Source of the DNA: Pseudomonadota bacterium
GTDB taxonomy: Bacteria; Pseudomonadota; Alphaproteobacteria; RF32; CAG-239
Length of the DNA stretch: 64,000 nucleotides
Assembly (NCBI GenBank): GCA_918234285.1
Contig: CAKJXZ020000030.1
Coordinates: forward strand, 32,001 to 96,000
Reading direction: 5' to 3'
The position numbers and the translations under genes were made by a program. Below are positions 20,147-29,323 of the stretch, piece after piece. The notes beneath the pieces were generated by a model. The model was not told where the DNA came from. It made no database searches and saw only the letters and a program-made list of their open reading frames with translations. Positions within the stretch are counted from its first letter, which is position 1. Every line of letters begins with the position of its first letter.

Positions 20147-20530
20147 TTAACGGGTTGCAAGGTCAACACAGTCAAACGTTGCGCGTCTTTTATGATTTTT
20201 TTGCAGATATATATCGCGTAAATATGCGCTTTTTCCCGGGTTTGTTTCGTAGCAATACTGCGCTGCCAACGTAGCAACCTTATCAACCCGAACATCGGCA
20301 TATTCATAAATCACATAGTCATCGCCCATGGTTTTAACCACAATATTGCTGCGATAAAAATCGGCATCCGAAACGGCAACAGTGCCCGCCGCTGTTCCCG
20401 GCGTATAAGTGTAAACTTGCGATGTATCAATATTGGCAGGGGCCGGTTGTTGTACAACTTCAGCTTCCGGTCGAGATAAACAAGAACCGCATAATGCGGC
20501 GGCTAACGCGATTAAACCAATTTTTTTCAT
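20147..20530 (-). CDS. Hypothetical lipoprotein
   Basis: Signal peptide with CGSC lipobox-like motif. Confidence 0.65.
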   Translation of the reverse strand: MKKIGLIALAAALCGSCLSRPEAEVVQQPAPANIDTSQVYTYTPGTAAGTVAVSDADFYRSNIVVKTMGDDYVIYEYADVRVDKVATLAAQYCYETNPGKSAYLRDIYLQKNHKRRATFDCVDLATR

Positions 20531-20691
20531 AATCCCTCTCTTTATAACCTACGGGTTATCATTAAAAAGACTATAAACCACAAGGGGTTAAGGATTACTT
20601 AACAGCGTTTTGCCCAGCCTGTGACAAAAATTCTTGCCATATTTCAGAGATGGCATATATTGAAACCATAAATAAAAAAGCGGAGAGCGAA

Positions 20692-21660
20692 ATGGTAAAA
20701 ACTGTTTGGAGTTTAATGGATAATCGACGCGGCAGCGTAAATCAGGCTTTAGGTGTTCTCAAAGCCCTGAATCCTTCGCAATTTGATATTATCGAAAAAA
20801 AGATAGATTATACCAAACTTGCCGCCTTGCCGAATTGGATTCGCGGTCGCTCACTTTTGGGTATTACCGCAGCCAGCAAGCAACAAATCGTTGCGCCGTA
20901 TCCGGATTATGTGCTCTCCATCAGTCGCCGTACTGCACCGATTGCCCGTTATATCAAAAAGCAATCTCCGCGAACCAAGATTATCCAGCTTATGCACCCA
21001 GGGAATGCCGGTCTGGCCGAATTTGACCTCGTAATCGTACCGGAGCACGATAAAAACAAAAAAACCGGTGCCAATGTTCACTATATTGTCGGTTGCCCGC
21101 ACCAGATTACCCCGCAATATTTAGCCGACGCACGCGCCAAATGGACCGATAAATTTGCTCATCTGCCGAGGCCGCTCACCGCGGTTATTATCGGCGGCTC
21201 GATTAAAGGCAAACCTTTCCCGACCGAAGATGTGGAAGCACTGTGCCGCGGTATTAAAGAATTGAAGCAAAAAACCGGCGGCTCGATTTTGATTACCACC
21301 TCGCGTCGCACCGGTTCCGAACCGGAAAAAATCATTAAAGAAGCTTTGCATGATATTCCGCAATATTCGTATTATTGGGGCGCCGAGGGCGATAACCCAT
21401 ACTCCGGATTTTTGGCCTTAGCCGACAACATCGTAATTACGGCCGATTCGGTTTCGATGTGTTGCGAGGCCACCGGTGCCGGTAAGCCGCTGTATTTATT
21501 TGTCGGCGGCGATAAATGGCTTACCCCGAAACACAAGCGCTTTGCTCAATCATTACTCAAGAAAAAATGTGCGATTTTACTTGGCGATAACGCCGATATT
21601 TCGGCACCGCAACCGCTGAATGCCGCCGCCGAAGTTGCCGCTCTGATTGAAAAGCTGTAA
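20692..21660 (+). CDS. ELM1/GtrOC1 family protein
   Basis: GSVNQALG, FDLVIVPEHD, TTSRRT, NPYSGFL, TADSVSMCCEA. Confidence 0.88.
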   Translation: MVKTVWSLMDNRRGSVNQALGVLKALNPSQFDIIEKKIDYTKLAALPNWIRGRSLLGITAASKQQIVAPYPDYVLSISRRTAPIARYIKKQSPRTKIIQLMHPGNAGLAEFDLVIVPEHDKNKKTGANVHYIVGCPHQITPQYLADARAKWTDKFAHLPRPLTAVIIGGSIKGKPFPTEDVEALCRGIKELKQKTGGSILITTSRRTGSEPEKIIKEALHDIPQYSYYWGAEGDNPYSGFLALADNIVITADSVSMCCEATGAGKPLYLFVGGDKWLTPKHKRFAQSLLKKKCAILLGDNADISAPQPLNAAAEVAALIEKL

Positions 21661-21687
21661 ACCTGCACTTCAATATAAAATGACTTT

Positions 21688-22827
21688 TTAGTCTCCGGAT
21701 AAATCCGCTTCAGGTTCTCTTGCTTGCTGCGCCTGCTTTGCTTTAGCCTTCTCTCTGATTCGAGTCATCAACTCTTTTGAAACCTGTAACTTTTTAGCCA
21801 TAAAATCTTTCTTAAATTTATCACCTCTTATTCCTTCGGCTTTCTTAAGACAATCTTCCAAAGTTACATTAAGCGAGGCTTCACTTTGTTGTGCATCATC
21901 CAAGGCGCCCAAAGAACGCATAAATTCAATTAATTCTTTCGCTTGCGAACTGATGGCATAATGCAGAGGAGTATGATTATTGTTATTCACTGCATTGATA
22001 TCCGCACCGTGCGAAAGCAATAAACACATTATATCAATATTTCCTTTCTCAGACACAGAAAAAAACGGTGTTTTAATCATATATCCCGCCGCTTCGAACA
22101 TAGGTGTTACACCCTTATTATTCTTTGCATTGACATCTGCCCCGTGCTCAAGCAAAAACTTAACAATATCCCTTTGTTTATGCATTGCGGCATAATGCAA
22201 CGGTGTATCTCCGTCATTATCTTTGGCATTAATGTTTGCACCTTGCTCTGCCAACATTTTTATAGCCGGAAAATTGCTTTGCATAGACGCATACAACAAT
22301 GCTGTGGTGCCGGTGCCGCTGGCCGCGGCATTAACTCCTTCATCTTCATCTACCCATAAATGCATGGCTTCCATATCATCTATAAGATTTTCTTCAAATA
22401 CCGTTTTTTCCATGGGAGGATTATATTTCAAGATAACCGGCAAACATTTTGATTCCTTCGGGCTGCGAAGCACATGATAAAATAACGGCCCGCTGTAACC
22501 GCGCGTATTTTTCACACCGCCGATTTGTGCATATAAATCCACATCGTTATTTTGGCTGAGAATGTCGTCGATTTTCTCACAATCACCGGCCTCAACGGCT
22601 TGAAAAATATCGGCCAAAACCTTTTCTGTTTCTTTTCCTTCTTCATCGCATCGTACGGCACGACCGGTTATCTCATTGTATTTATACCCCCATATATCAG
22701 CATATTCTTCTTGTACCAAGAACTTTCCGTCGCATTTTTCTGCAGAATTCGTTACTGCCGCCACAACCGACTTTATTGTTCCCAAAAACAATGATACTAC
22801 AATTATTATAGAATACAGTTTTTTCAT
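21688..22827 (-). CDS. Exported ankyrin-repeat protein
   Basis: Signal peptide; repeated GADVNAK..G.TPLH. Confidence 0.9.
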   Translation of the reverse strand: MKKLYSIIIVVSLFLGTIKSVVAAVTNSAEKCDGKFLVQEEYADIWGYKYNEITGRAVRCDEEGKETEKVLADIFQAVEAGDCEKIDDILSQNNDVDLYAQIGGVKNTRGYSGPLFYHVLRSPKESKCLPVILKYNPPMEKTVFEENLIDDMEAMHLWVDEDEGVNAAASGTGTTALLYASMQSNFPAIKMLAEQGANINAKDNDGDTPLHYAAMHKQRDIVKFLLEHGADVNAKNNKGVTPMFEAAGYMIKTPFFSVSEKGNIDIMCLLLSHGADINAVNNNNHTPLHYAISSQAKELIEFMRSLGALDDAQQSEASLNVTLEDCLKKAEGIRGDKFKKDFMAKKLQVSKELMTRIREKAKAKQAQQAREPEADLSGD

Positions 22828-22841
22828 TTTATATTCCTTTC

Positions 22842-24311
22842 CTACTCCTTTGCCCCATATTGCTGCAGCAACTCGACGATTTTATCGTGACCCTTCTCTT
22901 TGGCAATTTTTAGCGGCGTATAGCCGAAATCATCTTTAACATTGACCTCGGCGCCGTTTTCCAGCAACAGTTTTACCAGTTTCACATAGCCGTTTTTCAT
23001 AAACATACTTTCAAAGCCCGCCGCCGCCGACAAAGCCGTTCCGCCGAACTTGTTTTTGGCATTGACATCGGCTCCGCGTTCAATCAACAATTCCGCCATA
23101 CCGATTGCGGCAAAAGGCGCTACCATCAGCGGCGTATCCCTATTGCCGTTATCTCTGGCATTAACATCGGCCCCGTGTTCCAGCAACAACTCGGCGACTT
23201 CATATTCCCCGTTTGACACCGCCGCATGCAAAGCCGTTCTGCCGGAAAAAGAGCTGTCCCTGACATTTACGTCCGCCCCCATTTCTATCAGCTGTTTTGC
23301 CATTTCTTCTTTTTTGAAAACAATCGCTTCTATCAGCGGCGACCGGCCGGTTTCCGTTGATTTTATCTGCATAATTGCTTTTTGTTTGGGGTCTTTTATT
23401 TCCGTATCATCCGGCATTTCGACTTTAGCAACGGAATTTATGTTTACTCCATGCTCTGCCAGCAATTTTACGATATTTCCCCGATTGAAGCCGACGGCAC
23501 ATTGTAGCAACGTTTCGCCGGACTTGGTGCGCGCATTCATATCAGCGCCATATTCCAACAATATCTTAAAGATATTTGCCCTGTCCCCTCTGATGGCACG
23601 TTCTGCCAAGGAATATCCGGCGCTTGAAACAGAATCCGCACTCAATCCGCGTTCTAACATCCATTCAATCATATCATCGTCATCGTAAAAAATAGCTTTA
23701 TTGACGACCAATTCCACTTCCGCATCTTTTTCGTTTATACTTGTTTTATGCGACAACATTGATTTGATAACCTCTGTTTTCCTTTTGGCATAGGCATATT
23801 CCGACGGGCTCATCCGGTTGTATTTTATTGAACCGTAATCAACTCCGGCAGCAAAAATTTCATCCATACATTCCGGAAAATTATCGATAATATAATACAA
23901 CAGCGGATACTTCTTGTTTCTCCCGCCGTTAACTTTCGCCGCCAACAACGATGTATCACTCTCCCACAACTTTGCCGCTTTTTTACAATTTGCCTCGTCC
24001 AGCGCCAGACCGATTTCTCTTAACGCATATTCTTGCGGATTTTCTTTTTTATCTCGTCTTTCCGCCGCACCGCATTTAATAATCCTGCCGGTAAGAGGAT
24101 GGTGTTGTTCCACCCAAACATCTCCGCTGCAAATACGCGTATCCAAACCAGACTCGCAATAATAGGGATAATATTTCACCGGCTTGCCGTCGACACACTT
24201 TATTTGTTCGGAATCTTCGTCCTGATACGAAGATGTATATTTGTCGTACCCCTGCCACAATGATACCAATAAAAACCCGCAAATAAATCCCCATAAAAAT
24301 TTCTTTTTCAT
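22842..24311 (-). CDS. Membrane-anchored or exported ankyrin-repeat protein
   Basis: N-terminal hydrophobic segment; about 8 ankyrin repeats. Confidence 0.9.
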   Translation of the reverse strand: MKKKFLWGFICGFLLVSLWQGYDKYTSSYQDEDSEQIKCVDGKPVKYYPYYCESGLDTRICSGDVWVEQHHPLTGRIIKCGAAERRDKKENPQEYALREIGLALDEANCKKAAKLWESDTSLLAAKVNGGRNKKYPLLYYIIDNFPECMDEIFAAGVDYGSIKYNRMSPSEYAYAKRKTEVIKSMLSHKTSINEKDAEVELVVNKAIFYDDDDMIEWMLERGLSADSVSSAGYSLAERAIRGDRANIFKILLEYGADMNARTKSGETLLQCAVGFNRGNIVKLLAEHGVNINSVAKVEMPDDTEIKDPKQKAIMQIKSTETGRSPLIEAIVFKKEEMAKQLIEMGADVNVRDSSFSGRTALHAAVSNGEYEVAELLLEHGADVNARDNGNRDTPLMVAPFAAIGMAELLIERGADVNAKNKFGGTALSAAAGFESMFMKNGYVKLVKLLLENGAEVNVKDDFGYTPLKIAKEKGHDKIVELLQQYGAKE

Positions 24312-24315
24312 CGCT

Positions 24316-24960
24316 TTATTCCTTGTTTCGCTTGTCATTGCTGTGGCAATAACCATAAATCGAGCATTTTTCGCACAGCGGTTTTTGCGCCTTGCAAATA
24401 TAGCGCCCGAACAGCACCAGCCAGTGATTGGTATTGACTATCGCCTCCGGCGGCAACACCTTAACCAAATCTTTTTCCACTTCAAGCGGCGTTTTTCCCT
24501 TGCTAAAATCCAGCCGATGCGCGATTCGCATAACGTGCGTATCCACCGCCAAAGTCGGCTGATGATACCACACATTCATTACCACATTGGCGGTTTTGCG
24601 CCCCACTCCGGCCAGCGTGGTCAGCACATCGCGGTCGGCCGGCACTTCACCGTCATAATCGGCTATAAGTTGTCGGCTCATTGCCATAATATTTTTGGCT
24701 TTGTTGTTAAACAGCCCGATGGTTTTGATATGTTCTTTGAGTTTTTCTTCGCCCAAATCCAGCATTTTTTGCGGCGAATCGGCAATTTTAAACAGTGCCT
24801 CGGTGGCGCGGTTTACCCCCTTATCGGTGCTCTGCGCCGACAACATAACCGCCACCAACAGCGTATACGGATTATGAAAATTGAGTTCGCATTGCGGATT
24901 GGGATTTTCGCGGGCAAAAATCTGCATAATCTCCGCTATTTCCGCCTTTGCGCGCGTCAT
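24316..24960 (-). CDS. nth: Endonuclease III
   Basis: LSAQSTD, HhH GVGRKTA, VDTHV, C-X6-C-X2-C-X5-C. Confidence 0.96.
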   Translation of the reverse strand: MTRAKAEIAEIMQIFARENPNPQCELNFHNPYTLLVAVMLSAQSTDKGVNRATEALFKIADSPQKMLDLGEEKLKEHIKTIGLFNNKAKNIMAMSRQLIADYDGEVPADRDVLTTLAGVGRKTANVVMNVWYHQPTLAVDTHVMRIAHRLDFSKGKTPLEVEKDLVKVLPPEAIVNTNHWLVLFGRYICKAQKPLCEKCSIYGYCHSNDKRNKE

Positions 24961-26033
24961 GCCTTAACTCCGCCCGCCCCCGGCGCTTTCGGCGCGGTTT
25001 CATCTAACGGCCAGCGCGGACGCGGCTTAAAGTCAAGCTCGTTGGTATAACCCAAGCGGAAACGCTCCAACCCGGCCCAGGCCACCATCACTCCGTTATC
25101 GGTGCAAAATCGAATCGGCGGCGCCGCAAATTCCAAATCGTTATCCGTCGCCAACTGCTTGAGCGCATTCCGTAAATAGGTGTTGGATGCTACTCCGCCG
25201 GAAACCACCAAATGCTCACCGTCCGGATATTTTTGTTTAAAATATTTGATGGCGCGCTCCAACTTGCGTATCAGGCAATCGGTCGCCGTCATCTGAAAAC
25301 AGGCGCAAATATCGGCCACATCCTGCTTTGGTAAAATCGCGTGCTCAACCACACCGTCCGGCGAATAAGATTCGATAATTTTGCGCACCGCGGTTTTCAG
25401 GCCGGAAAAAGACAAAATGCAATCGCCTGAATTCAACAGCGGACGCGGCAACGTAAAGCGCGAATCATCACCGATGGCGGCCATTTTCTCAATCATCGGC
25501 CCGCCCGGATAGCCCAAACCCAGCATTTTTGCTACCTTATCAAAGGCCTCGCCGGCGGCATCATCGATGGTTGTACCTAAACGCTCGTATTCGCCGACGT
25601 TTTTAACCACCAAAATTTGACAATGTCCCCCCGAAACCAGCAATAGCAGATAAGGAAATTCGATATCGTTGGCGATTCGCGCACACAGAGCATGGCCTTC
25701 CAAGTGATTAACCGCCACAAACGGCTTATTTAAAGCCAGAGCCAAGGCCTTAGCCGTCATGGCGCCGACCACCACGCCACCGATAAGCCCCGGTCCGCAC
25801 GAAGCCGCCACCGCATCTATATCTTTAAGCTCCAGGTGCGCCCGTTGCAAGCACAGCGCTACCATCTCGTCAACATGCTCCAAATGTGCCCGCGCAGCAA
25901 TTTCCGGCACCACACCGCCGTATTGCTTGTGTTCTTCCTGCGATTGCAAGGCCTCGCCCAAAATCTCCTTTTTATCGGTCACGATTGCCGCACCGGTATC
26001 ATCGCAACTGCTTTCTATCCCCAAAACAATCAT
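24957..26033 (-). CDS. tsaD: tRNA N6-adenosine threonylcarbamoyltransferase
   Basis: GIESSCDDT, GGVVPEIAARAH, NHLEGH, SGGH, TDNGVM. Confidence 0.97.
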   Translation of the reverse strand: MIVLGIESSCDDTGAAIVTDKKEILGEALQSQEEHKQYGGVVPEIAARAHLEHVDEMVALCLQRAHLELKDIDAVAASCGPGLIGGVVVGAMTAKALALALNKPFVAVNHLEGHALCARIANDIEFPYLLLLVSGGHCQILVVKNVGEYERLGTTIDDAAGEAFDKVAKMLGLGYPGGPMIEKMAAIGDDSRFTLPRPLLNSGDCILSFSGLKTAVRKIIESYSPDGVVEHAILPKQDVADICACFQMTATDCLIRKLERAIKYFKQKYPDGEHLVVSGGVASNTYLRNALKQLATDNDLEFAAPPIRFCTDNGVMVAWAGLERFRLGYTNELDFKPRPRWPLDETAPKAPGAGGVKA

Positions 26034-26134
26034 CGTTTTCCTTAAAAAATGATTTTTTTTATTCCCTTTAAACTATTTATGTTATAAATATATGAAATAT
26101 ATTCGGTTCAAATGTCAAGAAAAAGGATACGAAA

Positions 26135-27262
26135 ATGGCTAAAAATGATAAAAAAACCACCCCGAACCCGGACGAAGAAAAAAAGCCGGAAGTGATTTCG
26201 GCACCGGAAAAAGTTACCGATTCGCTCAAAGTCACGCAACCGAAGCCGGAACCGCATAAACCGCCGCATCCGGCCGAACCGCCGCACAAAAAAAGCAGCG
26301 GTTGGAGCAAATTCATCTTATTTATTATCCTTTTAATGGCAGGTGCCATCGCTTATTTAGCCCTGCAACTGAAGCAAACCGAAAAAATCAACGACGAAGC
26401 GCTGAACAAATTGCAATCGTCTTATGAAGAAAAACTCAATGCGGTCAACAACCGTATTAATGTGCTGGACCGTGAAGTCGTCGGCCTCAAAAATCGCCCG
26501 ATTGTCGAACACGCCGCCGGCATCAGCGAAAATCAGCTTAACCAGAAACTGGCCGCATTGCGTGCTGAATTATTGAATCGTGACGGTGCAACACCTTCTT
26601 CCGCAGAAAATACAGAAGAAAGTGCTGCTTTAGCACCGGCTCCGCAACCGATTCCGGCAACTCCGGCCGTCGCGGCTGAAAATCAGAAAATTGCCAATGA
26701 ACTCTTGCTTGCCAGCGGTGCCATCATTGTCCGCGATATGGCCGAACAGGGCGTTGCTTTTGCTTATGAAGCCGAGGTGCTGCAGATTTTGGCACAAGGC
26801 AACGATTTGGCCGCGAAAAATGTTGCTATCGTTCGCAGTTATGCCAACACCGGTGTTATCGGCAAGCAAAAATTAATCCGCAACTTTGATAAAATATTTA
26901 CCGATCTCAACACCGCCGAGCTCAAAGCCGAAGCCGCCAAATCGGAACCGACCGCCGAGACTAAAACCGAATGGTATCATAAGGTTATGAATTGGCTCAA
27001 ACAACAGGTTACCGCCAAAAAACGCACGAAAAAACCGGTATTTACTCCACAAAAAGACGAGGTTTTGGAACTGGTTAACGATGGTCGAATCAAAGACGCG
27101 CTCGACGCATTGAAACTGAGCGAAAAATATGCCAAAGTTAATTCGGAACCGCTTTCGCAGTGGGTCTCTCAGGCCGAGCGTTATCTCGAGTTTGATAATG
27201 CCATCAATGCCATCATTATGAACGCGCTGGCCAATATTCGCCTCAAAGAAATGGAACACTAA
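26135..27262 (+). CDS. COG4223 / Mic60 (mitofilin)-like membrane-anchored coiled-coil protein
   Basis: Pro-rich N-terminus, one TM, coiled coil, C-terminal W..QA..Y; divergent from tsaD as in Alphaproteobacteria. Confidence 0.6.
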   Translation: MAKNDKKTTPNPDEEKKPEVISAPEKVTDSLKVTQPKPEPHKPPHPAEPPHKKSSGWSKFILFIILLMAGAIAYLALQLKQTEKINDEALNKLQSSYEEKLNAVNNRINVLDREVVGLKNRPIVEHAAGISENQLNQKLAALRAELLNRDGATPSSAENTEESAALAPAPQPIPATPAVAAENQKIANELLLASGAIIVRDMAEQGVAFAYEAEVLQILAQGNDLAAKNVAIVRSYANTGVIGKQKLIRNFDKIFTDLNTAELKAEAAKSEPTAETKTEWYHKVMNWLKQQVTAKKRTKKPVFTPQKDEVLELVNDGRIKDALDALKLSEKYAKVNSEPLSQWVSQAERYLEFDNAINAIIMNALANIRLKEMEH

Positions 27263-27266
27263 ACGA

Positions 27267-28664
27267 ATGAGCGCCGATTTACGGGAAAACTGGCACCGAA
27301 TATATGAGATCGTGCCGGAGCAGTTGCAACGCATCACCGAAGTCGGTTGCGTCGCTTCCGCGTTTAATACCAATATTGATTCCGTTGTCAAAATCAGCGG
27401 AGATAAAATAGCCGATCTGGCATATTCGGTCGGGCTTATGCCGGAAGATTTACTTAATCCGCAAAACCGGATAACCTCACCCCAAGATGCGGTGCGCGGC
27501 ATTATCAAATGTTTCACGCAGGGTATTGCCGAAGAATGGCTGTGCTCCGACAAAAGCGCCGATGAATGGCTCGAACGGAATTTAGGACCGGCTCATCTGC
27601 AAATGGGCGGGCAAGCCGGTATAATTGCCAATGTTTTGGCCGTGCTCGGTGTGCAAAAAGTTTGCGTACATACCGCTTCGCACCCGCAAATACAGGCCGA
27701 GCGATTTTTAAACAGCGACAATTTATTGGCATTTGCTGAAGACGGCAACCTCGAAAAAGCTTATAATATCAACCGTTCCGCCGACAAACCGTTGGTTCAT
27801 CGCATTATCGAATTTGCCGCCGGCGATTCATTTGAATTTTGCGGTAGCACTTACACCTGTCCGCGCGCCAATCGTTTTATCGCCACTTATGATACTGCCA
27901 ATCTCGAGCTTAAAATCAACACCGATTTTACACAATATCTCGACCGATTCGGCTTTGATTTCCTGTTGCTTTCCGGATTTCATAACCTGACCGCTGCACA
28001 TTCCGGTTTGCAACGCATAGAGGCAGTCGTACCGATGTTGCAACACTTAAAACAGCTTAATCCGCACGGAATTATTCATCTGGAATTGGCCTCAACTCAA
28101 GACAAAGCCGTACGCACCGCTATTTTGCAAAAGCTGGCCCCGCTTGCCGATTCGCTCGGAATGAACGAGCGCGAAGCCCTGGATGCGCTGGAAATTTGCT
28201 CCCCGCAAATGTATGCCGACATACGGCGCAAACCTCTGAGCGCTCCGTTGTTACTCGAAATTTTGCAAACTCTTAAACTCAAGTTGCAAACACCGCGCAT
28301 GCAATTGCACTTTTTAGGAATGTATCTGACTTTGCAGAATAAACAATTCGTCATAACTCCCGAACAAAACCGGCGCGGAATGATGTTGGCAGCAACAATT
28401 GCCGCAGCCAAGGCCGGTTTGGGTAATATTGAAAAGCACGACAATTTATTGTGGGCGCACGGCCGATACATCGATGATAAAGCAACAGAAAATCTGGATA
28501 TGTTGGCAAAATATCTGCACAATTCCGATTTTGCATTGAACGGTCTGGCTTCTTTGGGCGATTTTGACCTGATTGCCGTACCGACGATTCTGATAGATAA
28601 ACCGCTGACTCTGGTCGGTATGGGCGATACGATTTCTTCGGTTTCGCTCGTCGGTGCACGCTAA
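27267..28664 (+). CDS. ADP-dependent glucokinase/phosphofructokinase (ribokinase superfamily)
   Basis: FNTNID, MGGQAGIIAN, HRIIEF, NRFI, HLELAS, SLGMNERE, VGMGDTISS. Confidence 0.9.
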   Translation: MSADLRENWHRIYEIVPEQLQRITEVGCVASAFNTNIDSVVKISGDKIADLAYSVGLMPEDLLNPQNRITSPQDAVRGIIKCFTQGIAEEWLCSDKSADEWLERNLGPAHLQMGGQAGIIANVLAVLGVQKVCVHTASHPQIQAERFLNSDNLLAFAEDGNLEKAYNINRSADKPLVHRIIEFAAGDSFEFCGSTYTCPRANRFIATYDTANLELKINTDFTQYLDRFGFDFLLLSGFHNLTAAHSGLQRIEAVVPMLQHLKQLNPHGIIHLELASTQDKAVRTAILQKLAPLADSLGMNEREALDALEICSPQMYADIRRKPLSAPLLLEILQTLKLKLQTPRMQLHFLGMYLTLQNKQFVITPEQNRRGMMLAATIAAAKAGLGNIEKHDNLLWAHGRYIDDKATENLDMLAKYLHNSDFALNGLASLGDFDLIAVPTILIDKPLTLVGMGDTISSVSLVGAR

Positions 28665-28766
28665 AAACAAAAGTATTGCTTCATTACATAAAAAACACTT
28701 GCTTTTTCAAAAGATTCTGTGTATAAACTTTTCACAATGAAAAAGTTTAACAATAAGGTGTAAAAA

Positions 28767-29240
28767 ATGGCTAGAGTAACAGTTGAAGATTGTATTGATA
28801 AACTTCCGAATCGTTATGAATTGGTTTTGGTTGCGGCACAACGCGCCAAAGATATTTCCGCCGGTTCCATGATAACGGTTGACCGCGATAACGATAAAAA
28901 CTCCGTGGTTGCTTTGCGTGAAATATCCGAAAACCGCGTAAGTATTGAAGATTTGCAGGAATCCTTGGTTAAAAACCAACAAAAATTGGTTGAAATTCAA
29001 GAGCCGGAAGATGAAGAAGTTGAGATTATTTCGGCAGAAAAAGAACTGGCTGCTTTGGATTCTCAATTCTCCAGCGATATGATCAGCGATGAAGATTTAA
29101 ACAATGTTATGCAAATCCATGACGGCAGCGACGATGACGATAATCTGGACCTGGATGCCGACGTTGATGATATTGATTTTGACGACGGTGCCGATTTCGG
29201 AGATGAGTCGTACGACGAAGATATGGATGATTTAGATTAA
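28767..29240 (+). CDS. rpoZ: RNA polymerase omega subunit
   Basis: MARVTVEDC, NRYELVL, VVALREI; acidic tail. Confidence 0.96.
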   Translation: MARVTVEDCIDKLPNRYELVLVAAQRAKDISAGSMITVDRDNDKNSVVALREISENRVSIEDLQESLVKNQQKLVEIQEPEDEEVEIISAEKELAALDSQFSSDMISDEDLNNVMQIHDGSDDDDNLDLDADVDDIDFDDGADFGDESYDEDMDDLD

Positions 29241-29323
29241 AAATTAGCAAATTTAACTTTTATTAAAGCAAAACATATTATATAAGTATAGTATGTTTTG
29301 CTTTTTTATTTAAGGATAACGAT

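Noticed and set aside
24241-25050. Long antisense ORFs over housekeeping genes (also 677-1303, 13142-14014, 19403-20095, 59742-60470)
   Set aside because: They are shadows of well-supported genes on the opposite strand and carry no motifs.
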